From IMG/VR virus record IMGVR_UViG_3300033979_000663, positions 1 through 64,000 of that record: a stretch of DNA of 64,000 nucleotides, one strand, 5' to 3'. Source of the DNA: a virus (lineage: Duplodnaviria > Caudoviricetes). Below are positions 28,572-39,364 of this stretch, one piece after another; within the stretch, counting starts at the first letter, position 1, and each line of letters begins with the position of its first letter. Position numbers and translations under genes: made by a program. The notes beneath the pieces were generated by a model. The model was not told the origin of the DNA and did not search any database. It worked only from the letters and a program-made list of their open reading frames with translations.

Positions 28572-28611
28572 GTTGTTTCTGGTGTGTGTTGTGAGGCAAT
28601 TTGTGCGATCG

Positions 28612-28806
28612 CTATTTACCGCGATGATTTGTTCCGTTAAATAGCTTGTTAAATTCTGCTATATTCTCTGGCTTGATGGAGTACAGGATCTCGTTAACAG
28701 CCTCGTCTGCCTCCTCAAACTCTTGACTATCGCAGTGAAAGGATTCTCTGCGATCGAGGGCTTTCTTTACCTTTGCCACTATCTCTTGAACTGATGTATA
28801 GGTCAT
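28612..28806 (-). CDS. Hypothetical protein
   Basis: GGAG SD upstream. Confidence 0.55.
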   Translation of the reverse strand: MTYTSVQEIVAKVKKALDRRESFHCDSQEFEEADEAVNEILYSIKPENIAEFNKLFNGTNHRGK

Positions 28807-28940
28807 TGTTTTACTCCGTTGGATGCAATCATCTTACTACCGTTTACTACCGTTTGACAATAAGTAATTACATATTAATTTTATACGCCCTGCTTTTAAC
28901 ATACACTTTCATAATCGAGTCGAACATTACGGCAGAATCA

Positions 28941-29092
28941 GGGTTTTGAGTCCGTTTCTACTATCAGAGCTATTGGCTCTGTAAAAGGGGGGAAGATTTT
29001 AACCAAAGAGGAAAATTTCTCCCTCCTGGTAAAAGAAAAAATTGGTTTAATTGGAATCTATCTGCTCTGATAGTAGAAACGCTTCAAAACCC
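28941..29092. repeat. About 30-bp inverted repeat pair
   Basis: GGGTTTTGA-GTC-CGTTTCTACTATCAGAGC ... GCTCTGATAGTAGAAACG-CT-TCAAAACCC. Confidence 0.8.
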
Positions 29093-29130
29093 TTGTTTTG
29101 ACTGGGTTCTAGGTACTTAGGTATTTTGGC

Positions 29131-29159
29131 TTGACTTAGTTATAAAAATGCTTTAAGAT
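29131..29159 (+). promoter_or_regulatory. Sigma70-type promoter
   Basis: TTGACT-17-TAAGAT upstream of 29224. Confidence 0.5.
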
Positions 29160-29223
29160 TTTGACAAATAAAAAACCCCAGACGTGAATCCGGGGCAGTT
29201 AATATAGAAATAAAACCTTTAAT

Positions 29224-30075
29224 ATGCAAACAATAACAGAAAAACTCCTGATTAGTCAACCCCAAAAGAACGAAAAGTTTAAAAAGATTGAAGATTACGT
29301 CAAAAACCTGCGTGATGAACAGATCCTAAGCCACATGGGCATGGCGAACTATTACCTTGTTTGCATCTTCACCCAGTACGAACTCTTTGATAAAGAGACA
29401 AGGGATTTTTGGGACTTGAGAGGCTTGCTGAATAATGACAACATCCAAGCAAAGATAAACCTGGAAAAGAGTTCAGAGTATATCAAAGAGCATTGGGCTG
29501 GTTCATTTTTCTCTGTTCCCAAGATAAGAGAATACAGAGATTGGCTGCGATCGCTTGGTTTGTATCAATATCCTGACCAACCAACAGGAGCTAGAAACGG
29601 CGGTAAAGAGCAGACAGTGTACGAACCACCACTAATGGAAAAGGTTGATATTATTGGACTGGTTTATCTGTTCAAGGTCTGCCAGAACGAATTTAACGAT
29701 CGCTACCCCACTGGACAAAGAACCTTGCGTTACAGCAAGGGTAAGACCATGCCTAGCATAATTCCTAATCATGGTGGGTATTTCGTTCAGAAATTGTATG
29801 ATGAATTAAACTTCTACTTTGCTGAAGCGGTAGAGGAAGATGAGCAGCTAACAGAAGTCTACAGAGAGCATTACGAAATCGAAGATCCATCGGAGCATGA
29901 CTATCTTGGAGATAGAAGACTTCCTTTGTATGTCAAAATCGCTGAACCTTTGGTGGTGGCAATGTATGAGTACGGAAGAAGATCGTTCCGTAAAGTCAAG
30001 AAATTCGTTGTGGAGTTACGGGAAGATTTATTTGGTGGCTATGCAGACGATCAAATCGAAGCAATTCCTTACTAA
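29224..30075 (+). CDS. Hypothetical protein (candidate replication/DNA-binding protein)
   Basis: Solitary ORF flanked by long non-coding regions, an inverted repeat and palindromes. Confidence 0.5.
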   Translation: MQTITEKLLISQPQKNEKFKKIEDYVKNLRDEQILSHMGMANYYLVCIFTQYELFDKETRDFWDLRGLLNNDNIQAKINLEKSSEYIKEHWAGSFFSVPKIREYRDWLRSLGLYQYPDQPTGARNGGKEQTVYEPPLMEKVDIIGLVYLFKVCQNEFNDRYPTGQRTLRYSKGKTMPSIIPNHGGYFVQKLYDELNFYFAEAVEEDEQLTEVYREHYEIEDPSEHDYLGDRRLPLYVKIAEPLVVAMYEYGRRSFRKVKKFVVELREDLFGGYADDQIEAIPY

Positions 30076-30576
30076 ATTCAAATGTTCGACTCGATTATTT
30101 CGGGCGAGTAAGTAGTAATTGTTAAATATCAAACATGGCGTGACACCATGATTCAATCACGGTAAGAGGAAATTAGCTAGTTAACCATTTGCTAACTTTC
30201 GTTAACTAACGATCTACTTTACCCATGGCATACATACCACTGGTGAAAAGCGGTCGAATTTCACCGGATGTTATGATATATTTTACCTATAGCTTGTAAG
30301 CTATTTAGAATTAAGAGTACCTGGAGAAATACCATCTTGGCAAACTATTCCTCTGTAAATCAAGATAGTCACTGCGTCAAGAAAATATAATACTCTTAAT
30401 TCAGTTTGCTTCTTTGTGCGAGAACCAAGCACGGCAAACACTTATTAAGTGCGCGAGGAATTTATCTTCGTGCATTGGTTGATACGCCTTGGTTGAAAGA
30501 AAAAAATCTCAACTTATGTATTTGTTAGCATTAGTTAGCAAAAAAGTATCGGTTGAGTCTAATTTGCTTTACTTTG

Positions 30577-30605
30577 TTGACACTATCTATAATTTGGGAT
30601 ATACT
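30577..30605 (+). promoter_or_regulatory. Sigma70-type promoter
   Basis: TTGACA-17-TATACT followed by an AGGAGG SD. Confidence 0.75.
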
Positions 30606-30632
30606 AAATTATAGATAGCCAAGGAGGCAACG

Positions 30633-30824
30633 ATGTCTAATACATGGAGTTTGAGCTTAAAAGGATGGGCTGACAATTGTGGACATTGCAAAGATCCTGA
30701 GTCTGCATTACTTAAAGTCATCCTTGAGAAGTTGGCGGATAAGGATTTGCAAGGGCTGGCAATTATTGAGCAGCTATTAAATAAAGGCGATGATGAGTTG
30801 GCGAACTTTTTAGATCCAGAATAA
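30633..30824 (+). CDS. Hypothetical protein
   Basis: Strong promoter and SD. Confidence 0.65.
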   Translation: MSNTWSLSLKGWADNCGHCKDPESALLKVILEKLADKDLQGLAIIEQLLNKGDDELANFLDPE

Positions 30825-30831
30825 GCAGGTT

Positions 30832-31038
30832 ATGAAAGTCATAGCTTTTGATAAAGACAAATTAAAGCTAGTGGGTAAAGCTATCAATCCCCACTCCTAT
30901 ACCATAATCTCAAAACAGATTGGCAATATTACACTCTATGAATTGGTTTTCTGTTTAACGACTTATCCCGCATTGCGATCGCAATTACTAGCTGAACTCG
31001 CAAAGCATAATTGGGGTTTCCTGAAGGTCGAATTATGA
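30832..31038 (+). CDS. Hypothetical protein
   Basis: Coupled ORF. Confidence 0.5.
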   Translation: MKVIAFDKDKLKLVGKAINPHSYTIISKQIGNITLYELVFCLTTYPALRSQLLAELAKHNWGFLKVEL

Positions 31039-31328
31039 AACTTTCCCCATCATCAGAATTAATATTAAGAGCGATCGCCCACCGAGAAATGTTTGGGCAA
31101 GAAATTGCCAGAACGATACAGGAGTGTTGCGATCGCAGAATTAGGGAGCAGTCCTTGTACCGTTCTCTGAAACAACTACACCAAGAAAAGTTAGTGACAA
31201 AAAGAACTGAAGTATCTAACGGTACTGTCCGTGACTACTATCGGCTAACCGAAGCAGGGACTAATGCCCTAAACAAAATTGATGAAGGGCATGAGAAATT
31301 GAAGAATTGGGAGCAAAAATATGAATAG
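31035..31328 (+). CDS. PadR-family transcriptional regulator
   Basis: LIL..I...EMFGQEI, SLYRSLKQL...KLV and RDYYRLTEAG motifs. Confidence 0.85.
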   Translation: MKLSPSSELILRAIAHREMFGQEIARTIQECCDRRIREQSLYRSLKQLHQEKLVTKRTEVSNGTVRDYYRLTEAGTNALNKIDEGHEKLKNWEQKYE

Positions 31329-31380
31329 CCCATTTCACCCAATGGCGCATCCACTCGCCACATTTAACGAAGAGTAGTTA

Positions 31381-31420
31381 AAACCCCAGGACAGGATACG
31401 TCCTGGGGTTATTTTTTTTT
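31381..31420. terminator. Intrinsic terminator
   Basis: AACCCCAGGAC...GTCCTGGGGTT plus T-run. Confidence 0.75.
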
Positions 31421-31437
31421 GATGTTCGAGTCGAATA

Positions 31438-32622
31438 TCAATAATCTTCATCAACAAATTCAGTCAATTCTTGTCCATCTGAATACAGCCCAGTCGCTCC
31501 ACCAATTCTCTCTATCCACTTAGCCAGCAATCCCATATTTTCTGGTTTTGCTAAATCCCTAACTAAACTTGCTGGGTCTGCTAAGTATCTCAGGTTTTTG
31601 TATGCACTACTAGCTATAGGCTTGACCGTTCTTTCTGGTCTAGCGCGAATGTAATCTATCCCATACTGTCTGGCTCTACGCAGTATCTCCCTGCGAGATA
31701 CCACCTTGTTCCCCTGTTCCTCTAATAAATCAGCAGCTTTATCTGCTTCAATCCCAAGTTGCTTAACATCCTTGAATGCTTTATTTAACTTAGTAATTGG
31801 ATTAGCTTGCGCGATCGCTTCCCCTGCCACTTGTTTTCCTTGCACAGCAGCACTAGCACCAGCCGCTTGTAATAATTGTCTTCTGGTTAAACTCACTGAT
31901 TTAGCTATTTTTACTCCGGTTCTTGCAGCCATACCAGCTAATTTAGGCGATCGCTTCAACACAGCTTTTGCTACTTTTTGTCCCTGCTTACCGGTTGCCT
32001 TCCTAATTAATATCTTGGCGATATTCTTTTTCCGTTCTAGCGTGGCGGCGTTGTTCTTCCGTGACCATTCAGCAGCTTTTTTAATGAAGCTTTTTTGATC
32101 TTGTACTTTAGTTCTGGGCTTGACAGTTTTGGTTTTCCTTCTGACTACCTTGGGTTTAGACTTGCTTCTTGATTTTGGTTGTCCCCCACTTTGTACGACC
32201 TCAACTTTTGGTTGACCGCTAGGTGGATTTGGTTTAACTTCTACTTTTGCTGGTGGTGATAATTTGGGTTGTCGAGGGATTGCTGTCTGGATGGGAACTA
32301 TTGAATTTGGCTGAATCTCTGCTCTAGTTGGTATTAACTTAGGTTTAGCAGGTATATCGGGTTGATTTACTCTAGGTGGAGGAGACGACGCTGCCGTTAT
32401 TTGTGGAGTTTTTATTGGTGCAGTAGAACGGGACACAGGAGTATTGCGTACCTGAATACCTAAATCAGGTGGGCGAGACGCGCTACCGATTGTCGGCATT
32501 TTCTTCCTTAACGCTAAATATCCCAACCCGCCTAAAGTGGCTACGCCACCCACACCGAGAGCAATATTTAATAGTCTTTTTTTACGTTTCTTCTTGTCTT
32601 TTGCTCCTAAAGTTCTTGGCAT
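31438..32622 (-). CDS. Tagged large basic protein (RTLGAKDKKKRKKR; C-terminal LYSDGQELTEF)
   Basis: N-terminus nearly matches ORF 1829 (tag plus NIALGxGG..L...YL). Pro-rich linker. GGGAATCAC upstream. Confidence 0.75.
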   Translation of the reverse strand: MPRTLGAKDKKKRKKRLLNIALGVGGVATLGGLGYLALRKKMPTIGSASRPPDLGIQVRNTPVSRSTAPIKTPQITAASSPPPRVNQPDIPAKPKLIPTRAEIQPNSIVPIQTAIPRQPKLSPPAKVEVKPNPPSGQPKVEVVQSGGQPKSRSKSKPKVVRRKTKTVKPRTKVQDQKSFIKKAAEWSRKNNAATLERKKNIAKILIRKATGKQGQKVAKAVLKRSPKLAGMAARTGVKIAKSVSLTRRQLLQAAGASAAVQGKQVAGEAIAQANPITKLNKAFKDVKQLGIEADKAADLLEEQGNKVVSRREILRRARQYGIDYIRARPERTVKPIASSAYKNLRYLADPASLVRDLAKPENMGLLAKWIERIGGATGLYSDGQELTEFVDEDY

Positions 32623-32702
32623 ACTCCATCCCATCCCTACCTTTTAGTGATTCCCTATCTGGGGAATTAAAAATAAGACAACCATGAGCTATAAGCTTTA
32701 AT

Positions 32703-33587
32703 ATGTATTTAAGTAAGGTAAATAGGGAATTTTTGCGATCGCTGATGGGAGAACAATCAGTTTTAGTAGATAGGATAACCCCACACCACATGGGGGAGTT
32801 TCTTGTTTTCTCTTGTGAGTCAAAGCAGGATGCAGATGCAATATCAGCAGTCATCAAAAAGGATTATGAAAATCTGGTAGCGATGATTGGGAATTACCCA
32901 ATTAAAGTTGTCATTAAAGAAAAAAGAGTGGCAACAAAATACAAGATCGTTTACACTATTCCTTCACGTAAAGAAGTAAGGATAAATATGACCACAACTA
33001 CTGAATATACTTTAGAGAATTTCACCGACCCCCTCAAGGAAGCATTAGGTGGAGCATCTGATGAAGAGATTTATGCCACACCACTTTCGGCTCATACTTT
33101 AAGTGCGATCGCTGGTGATGTGGTGGCTAACAGAATGAGAAGTGCAACCACAACTGCTTCCCCTGCTCCAGTTACTCCTAAAGAAGAATCTAAATCTGAA
33201 GAAGTGCCAGTTACTAAAACTCCTGTTCAAATCCTGAAAGACTTGGGATTACCTTATCAATTAGGTAAGGTTAAAAAGCTGGTAGCTGCGGTTCGTGTTC
33301 CCACTAAGTTAACCGACAAAACCAAAGCTTCCGAACTCAAAGGAATTAAAGCTTTCCTCCAAGAAGCGTTGACAGCTTTGACCACAAAGGAGGACAAGCA
33401 AATTTATATATTGAAGGCGATCGCTGAGGAAACCAAAGCTGGTAATATCTACCTTGATTCCTTGATTCCTTGCTTCAAAGAATTAGATACGAAGGATGAA
33501 CATAAAGAAAGCCGTCGAGCTAAATTACTCGAAGCGGCTAAATCTTTTAAATCTTTATTGGGTGAAGAAGCGGTGGAGGCGGCATGA
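32703..33587 (+). CDS. Hypothetical protein
   Basis: 294-aa ORF. Confidence 0.6.
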   Translation: MYLSKVNREFLRSLMGEQSVLVDRITPHHMGEFLVFSCESKQDADAISAVIKKDYENLVAMIGNYPIKVVIKEKRVATKYKIVYTIPSRKEVRINMTTTTEYTLENFTDPLKEALGGASDEEIYATPLSAHTLSAIAGDVVANRMRSATTTASPAPVTPKEESKSEEVPVTKTPVQILKDLGLPYQLGKVKKLVAAVRVPTKLTDKTKASELKGIKAFLQEALTALTTKEDKQIYILKAIAEETKAGNIYLDSLIPCFKELDTKDEHKESRRAKLLEAAKSFKSLLGEEAVEAA

Positions 33588-33802
33588 TAGAAGTTCCATC
33601 TCAACAAAGACCACCTATATCTGGTACTGTTTCTGCTCCAGTATTAAGACCCGACTTTGATGATTTGATTGCTAACCAAAAAGAGATTATTGAGAAGATT
33701 CAAATTTTGGCAATTAATGAAAACATTAAAGATGCCGATAATTTGCTTGAACAAATTAAGGTGCTAGGTGACTTGCTTTACCTGAAAACAATGAAAGTTT
33801 AG
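33584..33802 (+). CDS. Hypothetical protein
   Basis: ATGA overlap with the previous gene. Confidence 0.55.
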   Translation: MIEVPSQQRPPISGTVSAPVLRPDFDDLIANQKEIIEKIQILAINENIKDADNLLEQIKVLGDLLYLKTMKV

Positions 33803-33940
33803 TCAAGGCTGGAGCGTCTTTTCCTCACCCTGTATTAATAAGCGATCACTCCCATATCCGATTATGGAGCGATCGCAAGCAGAACGCATAAAAACCCGCC
33901 ATTGCTGACGGGTTAAATTATCATTTCTTGTCTTACTTTG

Positions 33941-34459
33941 CTAAATTGCTGCTGGAAATTTTTGAAACAATGACTTTCGCCATGCTGGGGAATCGCCAGC
34001 ATCACTCCTCCAATAGGAAGTGTGCATATAAGAGACGACTAATCCTGCTTCTTTGTCTACGGCAATATGAGCTATGGACGCATCTGAAAGCGAGTTTGAT
34101 GATACACGCTCTGCCTCCAGGAGATGTGTTCCCGGAATTGGCTCTCCAGCAAATTGTTTCCAATCAACTTCGTAAACCGTCCAAACTCTATTTTCCCATT
34201 CTCTAGGCTTACCTTCGTTGTATCTATCTTGCCATTTTTTCTCTGCCTCGTTCCAAGGCCTTTTTTGGTGTCCTATTAATTTAGCGGGACAACCGAAAAT
34301 AGATGACAACTGAGGATTATTTGATAGAACTAGGTTTTCTCCTTTTGCAAAGAGAAATTCATCTCCTTGCATCGTTTTGACTGGATTACTGTGGTTTGTA
34401 TCTGTTAAGAGAATCATTGCTTGCTCCTTGTTGAGTTTTAACTGCGTTGCTGTCACCAA
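33941..34459 (-). CDS. Hypothetical protein
   Basis: ORF ends at a terminator hairpin near 33892-33914. Confidence 0.55.
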   Translation of the reverse strand: MVTATQLKLNKEQAMILLTDTNHSNPVKTMQGDEFLFAKGENLVLSNNPQLSSIFGCPAKLIGHQKRPWNEAEKKWQDRYNEGKPREWENRVWTVYEVDWKQFAGEPIPGTHLLEAERVSSNSLSDASIAHIAVDKEAGLVVSYMHTSYWRSDAGDSPAWRKSLFQKFPAAI

Positions 34460-34713
34460 TCGCTAAAGTACAAATAACTTTCGCTGCTTGCACTTTAGCG
34501 ATCGCGCTTCAGGATAGGAGCGAGATTGAAAACTACTTATTGCTTCTATCGTGCGATTTCCTCTCCTTTTACTTTCTGTAATATATTTGATCGCACCACT
34601 TCTTGACAAGTGGTTTTCATGCGAATGACGACATCGCAACTTTCTTGCAGCTATTACCCCAAATAACCCTTAGTCGTGATTAACCTCAATAGTTTCAATC
34701 TTAAATACGATCG

Positions 34714-35121
34714 CTAGATTAATTCTAATTCCACCGTTTCAATTTTAGATGGGGATATTTCTACGAGTATCCCCATTATTTTATCTTTATTTCTCTTTTT
34801 TTTGACCTTCACAAAACGCCCACTACAGCCCGTCATATTGCTAGAAGAATCGTTATCTAATACCTCGGCTTCAACCAAGGCATCTGCTACACTCCCAATT
34901 AAATTATCTGCATCACTACTAAAGAAATTAATGAATGTGCAGTTAATAGTAAATGGACTGGGAACTTTCTCTAGTTTTAATTTTTTGATATGAGCGATCG
35001 CTGCATCTTTCCATGCACCATATCTAGGACAAGTATGCCTAACAACATGACCAGTTCTTCTATTGACGCTAATCCTTGGTCTACCTTTCCCTACTCCTCG
35101 ACCTGGAATAAATATTTTCAT
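34714..35121 (-). CDS. rusA: RusA-like Holliday junction resolvase
   Basis: IPG..VGKGRPR and SDADNLIGSVADAL..A.VLDNDS motifs. Confidence 0.8.
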   Translation of the reverse strand: MKIFIPGRGVGKGRPRISVNRRTGHVVRHTCPRYGAWKDAAIAHIKKLKLEKVPSPFTINCTFINFFSSDADNLIGSVADALVEAEVLDNDSSSNMTGCSGRFVKVKKKRNKDKIMGILVEISPSKIETVELELI

Positions 35122-35708
35122 CTAAACCTCACCTGATTAACTTGTGTTTGTTGTTGAATTGTGGGCATTACTCCACCCATAAAAATAGCGATCGCTAATA
35201 TTAATAATAACGGGTGTTGCTTGATTAAATTAAACCACCATTTCCAATTATCTAATTGGGGAATTGCAGGCAATTTAAAATTAAATCCTGCAAACTTAAC
35301 ACTCACTTTAGAATTAGGCAACCATTCCTCAGAAGTATTGCAGAAAATAACTGTTACTCTGGGGTCTTGTTGAATCATTGATGCAGTGGTTATGGCTGAT
35401 TGTTGTTCACGGGCATCAGAGGTTAATAAACCCATGACAATTAATTTACGGTTATTGTTTAATCCGTATAGATTTAATTGCCCAAACGCCTGATAGATGG
35501 TATTGCGGTCTAAATATTTCTTGACCTCGATAATTGAACCACCCATCCAATCAGAAACAATATCAGCCCGACCACCATTAACTTTGACTTCCATCTGTAT
35601 CCGAAACCCGCGATCAGTTAACCTTTGGGCAATATAGTGTTGCAAGTCAACCTCTTTCCACTGGGGAGGAAACCCCGCAGATTCGCAGAATACAGATGGT
35701 GTAAGCAT
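35118..35708 (-). CDS. PD-(D/E)xK nuclease-like protein with C-terminal membrane anchor
   Basis: E..V.GGRADIV...IIEVK...QAFGQL..Y; hydrophobic C-terminal helix. Confidence 0.7.
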   Translation of the reverse strand: MLTPSVFCESAGFPPQWKEVDLQHYIAQRLTDRGFRIQMEVKVNGGRADIVSDWMGGSIIEVKKYLDRNTIYQAFGQLNLYGLNNNRKLIVMGLLTSDAREQQSAITTASMIQQDPRVTVIFCNTSEEWLPNSKVSVKFAGFNFKLPAIPQLDNWKWWFNLIKQHPLLLILAIAIFMGGVMPTIQQQTQVNQVRFR

Positions 35709-35919
35709 TATTCCTCTAGCTCCTTTTCAATTACAAATCCGATACTTTTCTTAACCTTAGATAATTCCCGTTTACTGTCCGTTACGGGCATAGTTGCTAA
35801 TACTTGATTAACCAGCATTTCAGCTTGGTTTAGTTGTTGAATTTGGAGAGGTGACAACATAATCAATTCCTTGGTAAGTGTATATTGCAGAGACTCTCCT
35901 CTCGTGTTCGACTCGAACA

Positions 35920-36138
35920 TCAATTATTTTCAGTAAAGTCAACCCATTGAATACCTGATAGCTTGCATACCAGTTTTTGACATAACTTGGTTAGCGTTTT
36001 AGCTTGCATGGGTTCATTGCCATGCTTTAGTTCATAGAAACCAAGTTCGTTTTGTGTGATTCTTGTTTTTTCTTTCATGAGCAAAGGCTTAAATATTTCA
36101 TTTGCTCCAGTTAAGGTTACTGCTCTATTGCCAGTCAT
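35920..36138 (-). CDS. Hypothetical protein
   Basis: Within the leftward operon. Confidence 0.5.
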   Translation of the reverse strand: MTGNRAVTLTGANEIFKPLLMKEKTRITQNELGFYELKHGNEPMQAKTLTKLCQKLVCKLSGIQWVDFTENN

Positions 36139-36361
36139 ATTTCCCCCTGTTTGGTATTTTCAACTACTTGGTTTTTAGCAGATAATTGAGGACTGATGAT
36201 AAAAGAACCTGCCATGAATCCAATTCCCAAGCACAGTAATACAAACGGAAATGCAACTTTTAAGGTTTTCATTGTTCTACTCCCAAGAATAATTAGCAAC
36301 TTTTGAACAAACTACGGTGTTAATCGCAAAGGCGATCGCATCATTAAAGCGGTCAATCATT

Positions 36362-37939
36362 CTAAGCATTTGGTATCTCCGTAAATCTGTAAGCTTGAAA
36401 ACGAGTATCGAGTATACCCGCTTGAATTATCCCGTCACCCCTGCCCTTGAGAGAAGCAGCTAAACCACTCCTTTCCCCAGGCATCAATACCATCCGACTA
36501 CCCATAGGGTCACTCATTTTAAAAGCAATCCGACAGGGTAAATTATCTTTGAGGTCAGGTGGTAAGCCTTCTGGATCATTAGCTCCCCGCTTAGAACCAC
36601 GCTGCAATCCGATGATTACGTGAATCTTTAACCCCCGACCCCTGCGGGTGACTTCACTTAGCATCGAATCATAGGGTTTTTTCCGTTCATCTAGAGGAAC
36701 AGTCCCTTTGTACTCATCAATAATCAGAATCCAGGCTGGTTCAGCAGCTAATTCTGCTTTACTCAATCCATTGCGGCGATCGCACTCCTGGTAATACTCA
36801 CCTACGAACTCAAAAGTTTTGCCCATATCGTTCATAGTGATGGACTCAAATCGTTCAGTAAAGTCTTCGTAGTCACTGACCTTACCGCCGCAAATATCAA
36901 CCCTCGCACCTTGCATTAACAAAGCATAAGCCGCACCCCGCAGGAAATTAGACTTACCGCTACCAGTCGTACCAGCAACCAGCAATTGGGGAGTATCTTC
37001 ATAACCCAAATCAATAATTATCTCCCCATCCAGGCTTTGTCCAACGACAATTAATCTTTCACCCTGCTTCCATGCCCGTTGGGGGAAGTCAAAGAATTGC
37101 CTTTCGCTATCAGGTACAGGTACTTCAACTGCAATCTGTTCCGCACCATATATGTACATGGGTAAAGGCTCTTTGTCCCCAAACCCTAATGCCAGTTTGG
37201 TAGCATTCCTCCATTTAGGAAGTAAGGCAAAGTCTTGGGTGGATAGGGAATAGATTAACCTTCTGTAGTTAGGCGCTTTATCCTCTCTAATCAGCTTGGT
37301 GGTTATTTTGTTAACAGATGCAGCAGTTTCAATTTGTTTGGTACTAAAACTAACCGCAATAGTAGCCATTTCCGGTATCTGAGGAACATCAATAGCTTGA
37401 CTAACTGGGGTTACTTGCTGTGTAACCTGCACCTGTTGAGCTTGTGCTTGGGCAACATTAACTTGAGCCTGTAGCCTGAATTGCTCTAACTGCATTTTTG
37501 CTTCACTAACAGCCAGCATTGCATCCCCAATACTTGACCCATTCTGTAGCATACCCAATGCCATACCCTGAACAGGCGATTGGCTGTTATTGAATAATTC
37601 GGCTATAGGTGCGATCGCCTCCAAGCGACGAATTTCGTTATCCAGGTTAATGTCATCTTGTTCTCGCTGGTTGCGGGTTCTTACCTTTTGCTCTAAGTAT
37701 TCCAACTCGGTTTCTACTTGGGTGTCCCTGAGAGCATTGAGGGTATCTTCCTCTCTCTCAATATCGCCATACTCTTTCTCTAGTTTCCTGGCGGTAAAAG
37801 AAGAACTAGCTAAGAGTGCGATCGCTATTCCATTGGCAGGGATAAAAGTAATATGTTTCCTTGGGACGGCAACCACTAAGGCGATCGCAACTATTAAATT
37901 TCCCCCAATCGTTAACCACCGAAGTAACATTTTGCCCAC
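36362..37939 (-). CDS. FtsK/SpoIIIE-family DNA translocase with N-terminal TM helices
   Basis: PQLLVAGTTGSGKS Walker A, LIIDE Walker B, RGRGLKIHVIIGLQR, NLPCRIAF, LKGRGDG. Confidence 0.9.
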   Translation of the reverse strand: MGKMLLRWLTIGGNLIVAIALVVAVPRKHITFIPANGIAIALLASSSFTARKLEKEYGDIEREEDTLNALRDTQVETELEYLEQKVRTRNQREQDDINLDNEIRRLEAIAPIAELFNNSQSPVQGMALGMLQNGSSIGDAMLAVSEAKMQLEQFRLQAQVNVAQAQAQQVQVTQQVTPVSQAIDVPQIPEMATIAVSFSTKQIETAASVNKITTKLIREDKAPNYRRLIYSLSTQDFALLPKWRNATKLALGFGDKEPLPMYIYGAEQIAVEVPVPDSERQFFDFPQRAWKQGERLIVVGQSLDGEIIIDLGYEDTPQLLVAGTTGSGKSNFLRGAAYALLMQGARVDICGGKVSDYEDFTERFESITMNDMGKTFEFVGEYYQECDRRNGLSKAELAAEPAWILIIDEYKGTVPLDERKKPYDSMLSEVTRRGRGLKIHVIIGLQRGSKRGANDPEGLPPDLKDNLPCRIAFKMSDPMGSRMVLMPGERSGLAASLKGRGDGIIQAGILDTRFQAYRFTEIPNA

Positions 37940-38139
37940 CCCAATACTAAACCAACTGAAACTACTTGAAAATGTAGACCATCTTTATTCCCTAGACTGG
38001 TAGCGTACAAGTAAGTTATGCCAGCAATTGTTAGGGTTATTGGAGTTCCCCAATTACCAAAAGAGGATACTACTTGTGCGATCGCTACAGCTACCAAGAA
38101 GGAACAGACCCAAACAACCAACTGGCAAAACTTAGTCAT
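37912..38139 (-). CDS. Small membrane protein
   Basis: Three hydrophobic segments; overlaps the ftsK start. Confidence 0.55.
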   Translation of the reverse strand: MTKFCQLVVWVCSFLVAVAIAQVVSSFGNWGTPITLTIAGITYLYATSLGNKDGLHFQVVSVGLVLGWAKCYFGG

Positions 38140-38142
38140 TTC

Positions 38143-38832
38143 CTATGCCCTTTTCATAATTGCTACTGGTTGACCTTCTAATCTGGCTGCTCGATAGGAT
38201 TTGAATTTCTCCCTGATGCCAGTGATTTGCTCCTGGTATGGTGTAACTTCCTTCTCCTTGACTTCCTGGCTGTTGAGAAGTTCTAATTTCTTGGCACGTC
38301 CTTCCGTGTACTGATTTGCTATCTTGAGTAGTGACAGCTTTAAATCTTCTTGTTGGTTCTGTGTGGTGGCACGACTAGCACCAATTACCTTTCGATACCC
38401 TGATTCATCAGCACCTAAATTTTTGGATAACTCAGCTTCTAGTTTGGCTTGTTCGAGTCGAAGTTCGGAAACCTTTTCAGCTACAGTCTGTTGAGATTCG
38501 AGAACCTTTTTCCGTGCATTGAGGGTACGTTCAACCAGGGCTTTGTTCTCATCCCAATTCTCGGCTTGGATTTCGGCTGACTTGGCCACATCTGCCGCAA
38601 TAGTCAAATCTTCCTCAGTTAAGTCACCGTAGACATTAATCTTAAATGGAAGTAAATCGGCGGTCGCTTGGATGTTTGCCCAGATACCAGAATCAAGTCC
38701 GAAGTGTCCATCATTAGGTATCCAAGCCGCACCAATGGGTGAGTTTAAGTCCGATAAGTCCAACCCACTATTTGATGGGGGTGGCGTTGATGGTGATGAT
38801 GGCTGTGTCTTGGTTTGTTGCTTGGGCATCAT
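38143..38832 (-). CDS. Coiled-coil protein
   Basis: Heptad-rich; member of the operon. Confidence 0.6.
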   Translation of the reverse strand: MMPKQQTKTQPSSPSTPPPSNSGLDLSDLNSPIGAAWIPNDGHFGLDSGIWANIQATADLLPFKINVYGDLTEEDLTIAADVAKSAEIQAENWDENKALVERTLNARKKVLESQQTVAEKVSELRLEQAKLEAELSKNLGADESGYRKVIGASRATTQNQQEDLKLSLLKIANQYTEGRAKKLELLNSQEVKEKEVTPYQEQITGIREKFKSYRAARLEGQPVAIMKRA

Positions 38833-39364
38833 TGATTCTCCTTGCCTCTGGTACTACTTGCTGGACTGTTCGTGTAACTGGGGGTATGACAACATCGGGC
38901 TTGAACTCTTTAATAACCAACTTCTTATTTGTGTTGAATAACACTGAAGTACATTCAAAGTATTCAAACACTGGAGAATCAAACTCTTTAAAGTTGCCCC
39001 CTAATTTAAACTCAAGTCCACAATGCTCATCCCCTGGTTTAGCTAATGCGGTGAAGTTAATTCTGAGTTCAAGATTTAACTCAGGGATTGAATAACCTTG
39101 TGGAGTTGCCTTCACTAATGCACTACCTCTGTCTCTGTCAATCTGGCAACCATAAGTAAGAGCGATCGCTGACTTCTTAAAATGCTCTTGCCAATACTTG
39201 ATTTCTGTTGCTTCAGCGAAGTTAATTGGTTCTGTAGGGATAACCCCCGATTGGAATACGAAAGCGAAAACACCGATTGGTTCATAGTGGATTATCCCTA
39301 TCCCACATTGTTTTTGATAATTCCATAACTTCCTATGAAATTGGGCTACCTTTGTCTGCATCAA
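38768..39364 (-). CDS. Hypothetical protein
   Basis: Overlapping operon member. Confidence 0.55.
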   Translation of the reverse strand: MMQTKVAQFHRKLWNYQKQCGIGIIHYEPIGVFAFVFQSGVIPTEPINFAEATEIKYWQEHFKKSAIALTYGCQIDRDRGSALVKATPQGYSIPELNLELRINFTALAKPGDEHCGLEFKLGGNFKEFDSPVFEYFECTSVLFNTNKKLVIKEFKPDVVIPPVTRTVQQVVPEARRINDAQATNQDTAIITINATPIK

